Positions 1 to 8,646 of a stretch of 64,000 nt of DNA are shown one piece after another. The notes under the pieces were generated by a model. The model worked only from the letters and a program-made list of their open reading frames with translations. It was not told where the DNA came from and searched no databases. Numbering within the stretch: the first letter of the stretch is position 1; every line of letters begins with the position of its first letter. The translations under genes were made by a program, and so were the position numbers. The DNA lies in NCBI GenBank assembly GCA_963785305.1, contig CAWAUV010000001.1, positions 128,001 to 192,000 of the forward strand, in the 5' to 3' direction. This DNA is from an uncultured Planctomycetaceae bacterium. GTDB lineage: Bacteria; Planctomycetota; Planctomycetia; Pirellulales; PALSA-1355.

Positions 1-1663
1 ACCACCCGCACGGCCGGAAACTTTTCTCGCGGAAGCCGGGAGATCCCGGGAACATCCGCTTCACCGGAAGCGGATCGGTCGGAGAAGGCGCGAGGCCACA
101 AGTCCGACATGCACGTTCCCGGGGAGTCAGACAGTTCCATAGTACCAAAGAAGCAGGCGAACAACGACAGCGTGCCGCTGTCGGCGGAGCCCGTGGAGGG
201 AAGGGAGCTGACCGAGGAGAACGCCGAGCAGTCGCTACTGGACCGGACACAGCGCCGGGCTCCCAGGTCGCGCGGACTGCTGGGCGTGCGAGAAGCGGCA
301 CAACGCGACAAGAAGATGCGGTTCAACAATCTGCTGAACCATGTCACGCCCGAACTGCTGGTGGCGAGTTTCTTCGACCTGAAGAAGCAAGCCGCGCCCG
401 GCGTCGATGGCCTGACATGGGCTCAATACGCCACCGATTTCGAAACGCGGATCGACGATCCGCACAGTCGAATCCATCGGGGAGCCTATCGAGCCAGGCC
501 GTCCAAGCGAACTTGGATTCCCAAGCTCGACGGCAAGCCGCGGCCCCTCGGGATCGCGGCGCTGGAGGACAAGATCGTCCAGCAAGCCGTACGGACGATC
601 CTGGAGTGCATCTACGAAGAGGACTTTCTGGGTTTCAGTTACGGCTTTCGTCCTGGACGAAGCTGTCACCGAGCCTTGGACGCGCTCTACGTGGGCATCA
701 AGAAGCGGAAAGTGAACTGGATTTTGGATGCGGACATCCGCGGCTTCTTCGACAACATCGACCACGCATGGTTGATGAAGTTCCTGGAGCATCGGATCGC
801 CGACCGACGACTGCTTCGGCTGCTGAAGAAATGGCTTCGAGCCGGAGTGTCGGAAGATGGCGAATGGTCCCCGAGCACCGTGGGAACACCTCAAGGAGCG
901 GTGATTTCGCCGCTCTATTCGAACGTGTTCTTGCACTATGTTCTGGACCTGTGGCTGGTGGCGTGGCGGAAACGCCATGCCGTGGGCGAGGTCATCATCG
1001 TGCGCTATGCGGACGATTTCGTAGTCGGATTCCGCGAGGAGTCCGACGCGCGACGCTGCCTGGCGGCGCTCCGGGAACGCTTCACCAAATTCGGTTTGGA
1101 ACCGCACCCGGAGAAGACGCGGCTGATCGAGTTCGGACGCTATGCGGCCGAACGACGATCGAAGCGTGGCGATGGCCCACCGGAGACATTCGACTTCCTG
1201 GGCTTCACCCACATCAGTGGCGTGACCCGGAAGGGCGAATTCACCATTCGCCGCATCTCATCGGCCAAGAAGTTTCGTGGCAAACTGCGCGAACTGAAAG
1301 AAGCGCTGCGCGGGAAAATGCACATGGACTTGGCGCAAGTCGGGCCATGGCTATCGAGCGTTTACCGGGGATGGCTCAATTACCATGCGATTCCCGGCAA
1401 CTCGGTGCGATTGCAACAATTCCGCACGGCGCTCCAGAAACTCTGGCTCCGCATGCTGCGGCGACGCAGCCAACGCGGACGCCGGATGACCTGGCGGAAG
1501 TTCTCGCAGCTTTGCAAACGATGGCTTCCCACCCCGAAAATCCTGCATCCTTATCCCGAAGTGCGGTTTGATCGTTTGTATCCAAGGTAGGAGCCGTATG
1601 CGGTAGTTCCGCACGTACGGATCTGTGCGGGGGGTGGCCCGAAAGGGCCATCCCTACCGCGAT
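1..1663 (+). mobile_element. Group II intron, 5' end outside the window
   Basis: RT ORF is followed immediately by domain V (GAGCCGTATGCGGTAGTTCCGCACGTACGGATC from 1591, AGC triad) and a domain VI hairpin ending ...CCCTACCGCGAT at 1663. Confidence 0.93.
109..1590 (+). CDS. ltrA: Group II intron reverse transcriptase/maturase with no C-terminal endonuclease domain (true start may be nearer 286-316)
   Basis: Motifs APGVDG, IPK..GKPRPLGI, SYGFRPGRSCH, DADIRGFFD, GTPQG, RYADD, FDFLGF; maturase X domain. Confidence 0.95.
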   Translation: MHVPGESDSSIVPKKQANNDSVPLSAEPVEGRELTEENAEQSLLDRTQRRAPRSRGLLGVREAAQRDKKMRFNNLLNHVTPELLVASFFDLKKQAAPGVDGLTWAQYATDFETRIDDPHSRIHRGAYRARPSKRTWIPKLDGKPRPLGIAALEDKIVQQAVRTILECIYEEDFLGFSYGFRPGRSCHRALDALYVGIKKRKVNWILDADIRGFFDNIDHAWLMKFLEHRIADRRLLRLLKKWLRAGVSEDGEWSPSTVGTPQGAVISPLYSNVFLHYVLDLWLVAWRKRHAVGEVIIVRYADDFVVGFREESDARRCLAALRERFTKFGLEPHPEKTRLIEFGRYAAERRSKRGDGPPETFDFLGFTHISGVTRKGEFTIRRISSAKKFRGKLRELKEALRGKMHMDLAQVGPWLSSVYRGWLNYHAIPGNSVRLQQFRTALQKLWLRMLRRRSQRGRRMTWRKFSQLCKRWLPTPKILHPYPEVRFDRLYPR

Positions 1664-1725
1664 AAATCGGGCCATGTGCCCGAACTCACCCTAACCATTT
1701 TTTTCCCTCGAAGGAGCCCCTGGCA

Positions 1726-2274
1726 ATGAAACTTTCATCTTGGTTTTCGAAAATGACCGGAACCTCGATGCGGCTGGATAATTTGGAGAATGTGCTCGTT
1801 TTGCAACTGCGCGACCTGTACAGCGCCGAGAATCAGTTGCTTTCGGCCCTCCCCAAAATGATGCAGGCCGCCAATTCGGTGGAGCTCAAGAGCGCGTTCC
1901 AAACCCATCTGGAGGAAACGCGTCGGCAGAAGCAACGCCTGGAACAATGTTTCCGCCTGCTCAAGCAAGACCCCAAGGCTGAAACCTGCGAAGCGATGAA
2001 AGGCCTGATCGAAGAAGGAGATGAAGTCGCCCATTTGGATGGCGACCCCGATGTGCGCGACGCCGTGATCATCGCCGCGGCTCAGCGCGTGGAGCACTAC
2101 GAGATGGCCGGGTATGGATGCGTGCGCGCCTTTGCGCGTCGCCTGGGACATCAAGAGGTGGCGGCCCTTTTGCAAGAGACGCTCGAAGAAGAGGCCAATG
2201 CCGACAAGATTCTCACCCACATCGCCGAGTCGGTCGTGAATGTGCAGGCCGCCCATGCCCACGCCGGCCGCTAG
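1726..2274 (+). CDS. yciF: YciE/YciF (DUF892) ferritin-like stress protein
   Basis: LRDLYSAENQ..ALPKM, HLEET, CEAMKGLIEE, AAAQRVEHYEMAGYG; GGAG RBS upstream. Confidence 0.9.
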   Translation: MKLSSWFSKMTGTSMRLDNLENVLVLQLRDLYSAENQLLSALPKMMQAANSVELKSAFQTHLEETRRQKQRLEQCFRLLKQDPKAETCEAMKGLIEEGDEVAHLDGDPDVRDAVIIAAAQRVEHYEMAGYGCVRAFARRLGHQEVAALLQETLEEEANADKILTHIAESVVNVQAAHAHAGR

Positions 2275-2353
2275 CGAGTTGTCAGAGTATTCAACAGGTC
2301 GGTAACGTCGCGCGAGAACTCGCGTGACGCCGCCGACTGAATGTCTCTCACGA

Positions 2354-2392
2354 AAGGCGGATGTCGTGGCGCCCGGCCGCGACATCCGCCTT
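2354..2392. terminator. Hairpin between convergent genes, probable bidirectional terminator
   Basis: AAGGCGGATGTCG...CGACATCCGCCTT perfect 13-bp arms. Confidence 0.6.
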
Positions 2393-2404
2393 CTTAGCGC
2401 GCCA

Positions 2405-3097
2405 TCACTCGTCGCTACTCGAAGCCGCGCCGCCAAAGCGGAACACATAATACGCCAGCACCGACACGGTTTGCAGCGTGTGGGCGACATAAGTCCAGGC
2501 GGCGGCGTCGAGCACCCGTTCGACACCGGCCAGTTCACGCGGATGAATGACGCCGAGTTGCACCAGTTCGACCTTCGCGCGGCTGCTGGCGTTGAACTCG
2601 ACCGGCAGGTTCACTAACTCGAAAAACACGACGCAAGAAAACAGCGCGATCCCGGCCATGATGAGCCAGGGCGCGTGCATGAACAGGCCGCCGAGCATGG
2701 CGAACATGGCAAAGCCACCGCCAAAATTGGCCACGGGCAGCGCGGCCGCCCGCACCACGAGCGGGGCATATTGCTGGGCGTCTTGCAGCGCATGGCCCGC
2801 TTCGTGCGCGGCGATGCCCACCGCGGCGATCGATGGCGTGTGAAAGACATCGGCGCTCAGTCGTAGGACTTTGTCTCGCGGGTCGTAATGGTCGGTAAGC
2901 TCCCCGGCGATCGGTTCGATGCGCACCGCGGAGAGGCCCGCGGCGTCGAGCACGCGCCGGGCCGCTTCGGCGCCGGTCATGCTCGCGGGCTCACGGCGCG
3001 CGGTATCATAGGCGCTTTTCACGCGATATTGTGCCCAAAGCCCCAATAGCACCGCGGGGGTGATGAATAAGAAATATAGCGGATCAAAGCCAAGCAT
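2405..3097 (-). CDS. Neutral zinc metallopeptidase (YugP / Zn_peptidase_2 family), membrane
   Basis: LTDHYDP, AAHEAGHALQ (HExxH), LPVEFNASSRA, AAAWTYVA. Confidence 0.9.
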   Translation of the reverse strand: MLGFDPLYFLFITPAVLLGLWAQYRVKSAYDTARREPASMTGAEAARRVLDAAGLSAVRIEPIAGELTDHYDPRDKVLRLSADVFHTPSIAAVGIAAHEAGHALQDAQQYAPLVVRAAALPVANFGGGFAMFAMLGGLFMHAPWLIMAGIALFSCVVFFELVNLPVEFNASSRAKVELVQLGVIHPRELAGVERVLDAAAWTYVAHTLQTVSVLAYYVFRFGGAASSSDE

Positions 3098-3450
3098 TTC
3101 GCGCCTCAATTCACAATTGCCCGTTGTTTTCCCGGGGGGGCGGGGCGCCCGTGGATCGACTGGCGCCGACGGGCCGCCAGCGCCGAATCTAATTGCAAAT
3201 TCGTAACAATTCTACGTGGCCCGAGCAACTTCGGTTCGCGCCGCCCGTTCGCCGCGTTGAATGGGTGGCTTCCAGCGAAGCCGTTTCGATTTTCAACGAT
3301 GATTCCATGGTTGATTGCCCGACGGCGTTGCATTCTTCCTATTTTCTCTGTTCGCGGCCGGAGCGGGTTGATATTCTGCTTAGAGGGCGTTTCCCACCCT
3401 CCCGCTCGTTCGCCTCGCTCGACTTATTTTATTCAGGAACTCGTCGGCCC

Positions 3451-4623
3451 ATGCTTTTTCGCTCAAGACGTTTGTTTGTCATTTTTTTCGCGGTTTCGGC
3501 GCCGTGCCTGGGGCTCGTGCTCGGCTGCGGCTCATCGGACTCGCGCTTGGACTCGGCCGACGACTCGGACTCGCGCGCTGCGCGGGAGCAAGCCTCCTCC
3601 GCGCCCAGCGACGAGCAACTCCGTGAGCGGCTCGATCATGCGATCGACTACGCGCTCAATCATCGCCGCTTGAATACCGGTGACCAAGCGGCTTGGCAAG
3701 TGGTGCATGGCATTCTTTGTTTCGGACGCGATCTCCAGATCGAGCACGATGGCATGCTTGTGCCCGCGCTCGACTATCTGCTCAAAGGTGGCGAGCTCAA
3801 GGGCTGGAACATGCGTCCGACGCCGCATGGACTGCTCGCGGTGCTCGAGTCGGGCAGCAAAACCGGCCAAGGACATCCCGACCAATGGATGGGCTACATG
3901 GCCTTGGCCGGAGTGCAGCCCGACGAGGAGCTCGTCGTTGGCGGCGAGACCTATCATGTGAACGACCTCGTGACCGAAGCCCAGTGGCATATGCGCGACG
4001 GGCTCGAAGCCACGTGGCCGCTGATGGCGTTTAGCGCCTATTTGCCACTCGATGCCCGGTGGCCGGCCGAGGATGGAACCGAGTGGAATATCGAACGCGT
4101 GCTCAAAATGGAAACCGCGCAGAACTTGGCCGAAAGCGCTTGCGGCGGCACGCATCGGCTTGTCGGCCTGCTCACGGCGGTCGATCGCTATAAGAAGGAG
4201 CATCCTGGCCAAGAGCTTCCGTCGCCTTGGCGTGAAACCGACGACAAGATTCGCGCGTCGTTCGAAGCCGCCAAGAAGTTTCAACAGCCCGATGGCCGCT
4301 TCTCGACCAACTTCTTCACGCGTCCAGGCCGCAGCGACGATATCGACACCCAAATGCACGCGACCGGTCACACGCTCGAATTCGTGGTGCTCGCGGCCAA
4401 TCCGCAAGAGTTGCGGCAAAAGTGGATCGAGCGCGCCGTGGTCGATCTGCTCGATTTGCTCGACGCCACCGAGACCGTGAATCTCGAGTGCGGCGGATTG
4501 TATCATGCCGTGCGCGGTCTGAAGCTGTATCGCGAGCGACGATTCGGCGCCCCGGCTTCCAGCGTCGATCCTTCGGTTCCGCGGCTCCCGACCGAGGCGG
4601 CGCTCGATGACAACCGCCGTTGA
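3451..4623 (+). CDS. Conserved planctomycete-type hypothetical lipoprotein
   Basis: Signal peptide with LGC lipobox; motifs GQGHPDQW, ACGGTHRL, ATGHTLEF, ECGGLYHA; coding-like codon usage. Confidence 0.7.
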   Translation: MLFRSRRLFVIFFAVSAPCLGLVLGCGSSDSRLDSADDSDSRAAREQASSAPSDEQLRERLDHAIDYALNHRRLNTGDQAAWQVVHGILCFGRDLQIEHDGMLVPALDYLLKGGELKGWNMRPTPHGLLAVLESGSKTGQGHPDQWMGYMALAGVQPDEELVVGGETYHVNDLVTEAQWHMRDGLEATWPLMAFSAYLPLDARWPAEDGTEWNIERVLKMETAQNLAESACGGTHRLVGLLTAVDRYKKEHPGQELPSPWRETDDKIRASFEAAKKFQQPDGRFSTNFFTRPGRSDDIDTQMHATGHTLEFVVLAANPQELRQKWIERAVVDLLDLLDATETVNLECGGLYHAVRGLKLYRERRFGAPASSVDPSVPRLPTEAALDDNRR

Positions 4624-4693
4624 GACGGTCGCGGGATGACGCGCTGATCGATCGCGCTCCGCCGCGCGCGACCGCGCGATGGGTTTTCCCGGC

Positions 4694-6102
4694 TCAGCGC
4701 GTGTAGGTATGCCGGCCGGTGTAGCGGCAGCCAACCAAGAACATCGGCTGGCCGTGGTTCACTTTGGGCGTGATATGCACCAAGCGGGCCAAGAGATAGG
4801 TCTGCGATGCGCCCGAGCCAAACGCCACGATGATGTCGTTTTCCACCGGCCGTGTCGGCGTGAAGTAGGAAAACCCACCAGCGCCGATGTCGTTGCATTC
4901 GACTTCGCGAAATTCGTGCAGCCCGGGCATCTGGCCGCCGACGATCGGGGCCATGCGCTGCATGTAGGGATAGGGCCGCCGCGGACGAAACCGCCGTTCG
5001 GTCGACTTGGCGCCGTTGGCCATCGCCGCGCCGCTTGCGCCGGCGGGACTCGTCGGCCGCGCGAGCGGGTCTTCGGAAGCGGCGGCGCTTTCATTCGAGG
5101 CGTCCATCGCGCGCGCTCCGCGGCGCGTTGCATGCGGTTTTCGAGCTCCCATTTCTCGGTCACATCCACGCCCGCGCCCATCAAGGCCAAACCGCCATGT
5201 TCGGCCCCGGCCACGCGCGTAAACGCCCAGGCCACGCGGCGGCGGTTTCCATGTTTGGTGAGCACCCAGCATTCGAATTGCGCCGGCGGCGCGTCGGGCA
5301 AAAGGCGAGCGAGCACCGTCTGAACGAGCGACGTGTCTTCCGGCGCGATCAACACTCCGCAAATTGCCCGCTGGCGAATCTCGGCGAGCGTGAATTCGGT
5401 AAGCGACTCGCAGGCCCGATTGATGTTCAGGATACGCGACTCTCCATCGAGCGCCACGACCGCCGCTTCGACGGTGTTGAGCAGCGCGGCGTCGAAACGC
5501 AACTGCTCCGTGAGCGCTTGTTCGGCGCGATTGCGGGCAATGGTTGTCGTGACCAAGTGCCCGATCGTTTCGACACACATCAGATCGTGCGCCGTGAATC
5601 GATAGGGCGACAAATTCGCGACCAGCAACGCCCCATAGACCTGCGCTCCCAGCTTGAGCGGGCAGGCCACGGCGCTTTGCACCTGACTGCGGCGGAGGAG
5701 CGGGTCGCGAAAGCGCGATTCCTTTACCAAGTCCGACGTTTCCACCGGCTGGCCTTGCGCGAGCGCGAAGCCGGCCAAGGAATCGTCGGCGCGGTCGGAA
5801 GTGCGATGGGTTCCAGCCGCGCATTGCACACCGGCCCGAGCCGGCGATAGTTCCACGCTGAGCGTGCTGTCGCCATTGACGAGCGCGACGCCGGAAATAT
5901 CGAGCCGCAACGCTTCGGCGAGCAGACCCGCGGCGTCGTCGATGAGCGACGTGGTGTCCTTGGCGACCAATGCTCTCCGGCCGACGGCCACGACCGCCAT
6001 TTGCCAGCGATCTTGAATTGAATCGCTCGCGGCCGCGGGATCGAGAATCAACGCGGCATCGCCCGAGGCGGAAGACGCCGATTCGTGAAGTTGCGTGGTC
6101 AT
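4694..6102 (-). CDS. GAF + PAS + PilZ signalling protein (one frameshift near 5110)
   Basis: ORF 4759..6354 gives GAF and PAS; ORF 4694..5824 supplies a C-terminal PilZ (ERRFRPRRPY...NDIGAGG...VGCRY). Confidence 0.75.
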
Positions 6103-6332
6103 GATCGTTTCAAGCCTTGCGGGCCACGAGCAACCGCGGGATTGCAAACAGCGCGCGGTAGAGGCAATGCGCCAGTCGAGCTTTCCATGAAAACATAGAA
6201 TACTCCCTTGGCAGCGTGGCGGCCGTCCCGCGAAATTGGCGCGGTTTCGACGACTATGTAAGAAATACAGTCGGCGGGGGCCGAACCGATGACGCGGCTC
6301 AAGGCCGCTCGTAGCGATTGCGCTGGCGAGCG

Positions 6333-8060
6333 CTACCGCCAATTCGGCCGCCAAGCTCGCGATGGGCCGATATTGCCCGCGACCGGAGCGGTCGTGGCTT
6401 GCGACCTCGCGGCAGGGGGACTCGCGACCGGCGGAACGCCGGCATCACGCGCGACTTCGAGCGACGTGAGATGTCGCGCGTCTTGGGTCGAACGCTCGGC
6501 GGACAATTGCCGCAGAAACGCCGGAGTGGCCCGATCAAGAATAATGACTTCGCTCTTGGCCTGGGGATCGTTGAGCGGGCGAACAATGCAAATGACTTCG
6601 GCGTTTTGCCCTTTCTGAGCCAGCGCGCCCAGAGTGGCCTGTTCTTGCGGCGTGAGCGGCGCCGCGGCTCGCGACGCGAGATCGGAATCGGCGAGCCCAG
6701 CCACGGCGGCGTTGGCCATGTTCATCGCCATCGCGGCGCCCGGGGCTCCGGCCCAAGCCGATAGCGCGCTCGGCGGCATGCGCGCCGGCATGCTGGGCCC
6801 GCTCGCGTTCGCGGCGCCTCCGCCGGCGGTTCCCGCGGCGCCGCTGGTTGCCAGCGAAGCCGGGTTCGCGCTCGGGCGACGATAGATCGCGGCGAGTCCC
6901 ATTTGATCGAGCTGTTCATGAATCACCGGAGTCGCCGCGTACATGCCTTCGTTGTCGGCCGGGTCGGCGGCGTTACATACACCGATCACATAGCCATTGG
7001 CCGAAAATAGCCCGCCGCCGCTGCGGCCTTGCGTCGGTTGGCCGGCGACTTCGACATTGGCTGGCCCCAGGAATTTATTGAGCCGAGTGACGCGGCTTTC
7101 GCGCGGGGTGGGGTCGGCTCCGTTGTCGCAGCCCACGCTCACGACCCGATCGCCCACGCGCGCCTGATGTCCACTTGGCGCGACCGGCGCCGTGGCCACC
7201 AGCCCGCGCGGACGAATACTCACGAGCCCGATGTCTCGCTTAAGATCGTAGCCAATGACTTGGCCTGGAAGTTTCGACTGCGGATTGGCGCCGAACAGGT
7301 CGACCGTGATTTTGCCCTTGCCTTTCGATTCGCGGAAGATGTGTCCGCAGGTGAGGATCAATGCTTCGCCGCTCCGCGAATCGATCAGCGTGCCCGAGCC
7401 ATAGGAAAAACCGGTGGCGTCTTCCACCGTCAAACGCACGCTCGCGGCCAAGCAGGCGGCGGAAGACAACGCTTGCGAGGGCGAGCCCGCGGCGGATGTC
7501 GACATGGCAGCCGAAGGCGATGCGCCCTTCGAGCCCGCGAACGGATTTCCCGACGGTATGAACGGGCTGCCGACCGGCGCGGGCATTGTGCTTGTCGACG
7601 ATTGCGATCCCGAGCTCGAACTTCCGCCCGGCCCTGCCGCCACCGAAGTCCATGACGTCGCCGCGCTAGCCGCCGAGCGAGGGCTTTGGCTCGCCCGCGC
7701 GTCGGCCGAAGAGGGCCGGGCTTTCGCGAACAGCGACTGCAAATCGGCGGCGTTTTGCGCCCCCTCGAGTCGTCCGACCTCGCGCCCGCCATCGACCAAC
7801 ACGAAGGCCGGCACGACGGTCACTTGGAACTGCCTTGCCAATTCGCGGCTTTGGTTGATATTCACCTTGCGAATCGGGTATCCGGCGGCCATCAACTGAC
7901 CGACCGTGCCTTCCATCGAGCGGCAAGGACCGCAGCTTTCGGAAAAAAAGTCGAGCAATACCAGATCGCGATTTCCCTCGCTCTGCCCCTTGGCCGGCGA
8001 AGCGAGCGACAACAAGCCAATGCAAAGAGCGGTCCAAATGGCGAGTTGCGTTCGTGGCAT
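6333..8060 (-). CDS. Secreted thioredoxin-domain + trypsin-like serine protease fusion
   Basis: Signal peptide; DFFSESCGPC thioredoxin; protease triad LTCGH / DIGLV / GRSGGGLF. Confidence 0.85.
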   Translation of the reverse strand: MPRTQLAIWTALCIGLLSLASPAKGQSEGNRDLVLLDFFSESCGPCRSMEGTVGQLMAAGYPIRKVNINQSRELARQFQVTVVPAFVLVDGGREVGRLEGAQNAADLQSLFAKARPSSADARASQSPRSAASAATSWTSVAAGPGGSSSSGSQSSTSTMPAPVGSPFIPSGNPFAGSKGASPSAAMSTSAAGSPSQALSSAACLAASVRLTVEDATGFSYGSGTLIDSRSGEALILTCGHIFRESKGKGKITVDLFGANPQSKLPGQVIGYDLKRDIGLVSIRPRGLVATAPVAPSGHQARVGDRVVSVGCDNGADPTPRESRVTRLNKFLGPANVEVAGQPTQGRSGGGLFSANGYVIGVCNAADPADNEGMYAATPVIHEQLDQMGLAAIYRRPSANPASLATSGAAGTAGGGAANASGPSMPARMPPSALSAWAGAPGAAMAMNMANAAVAGLADSDLASRAAAPLTPQEQATLGALAQKGQNAEVICIVRPLNDPQAKSEVIILDRATPAFLRQLSAERSTQDARHLTSLEVARDAGVPPVASPPAARSQATTAPVAGNIGPSRAWRPNWR

Positions 8061-8646
8061 GAGGGATCCCTCCCAAAAAAATGATTTCGCGTCAGCCATG
8101 GGGCGCCGACGAAAGAACCGCGCTTCCTTGCGCGGACTGCATTTGCCGGGAGGGGGCGGCAAGCGTTTGCAAGCCAACCGAAAGAACGGCGCCTTGTTGA
8201 TCCGACATCACGGCGCGGCCGTGGACGCAAAACAACTCGGAGCGGATTCGGGGCTGCGCGGCGCCTGAAGCAACATCCCTGTTGGCTTCCAAGGGCGGTC
8301 GATTCGTGAGGGAAATAAACGAGTGCGGTGAGATTCCAAAGCGGTCTCGGGCAGTATCGAAGCGCGGCGAGTAGCTCCGCGCGTTGGGCAATGGCTCGAC
8401 GTTCCCGTCGCGAAAACCGCTCGAAAAGCGGCTCTCGGCGCCATCGGCTCGCGAGCCCGACATCATGCCGGACTTCGTGAGCGGGGCGGATCATCGTCGA
8501 ACGAGCGATTTCGTTCAATCTCAATTCAGCCGCGAAAGAGAAAGATTTTTTCGCGTTCCGCGCCAAGCCGCGATTCAGCAGCAGAGTCGCCAGCGGACCC
8601 GAACGGGGAGCCCCACGAAAACAACGGCGCTGTCCCATTGCGCCGT

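Noticed and set aside
235..1212. Long antisense ORF over the RT (likewise 3532..4734, 21339..22505, 45426..46838, 58354..59457 and many others)
   Set aside because: Shadow ORFs expected in high-GC DNA opposite well-supported genes; no recognisable motifs
109..1590. RT as a retron, DGR or defence RT
   Set aside because: YADD RT with a maturase domain is followed directly by canonical group II domains V and VI; no TR/VR pair or msr-msd is visible
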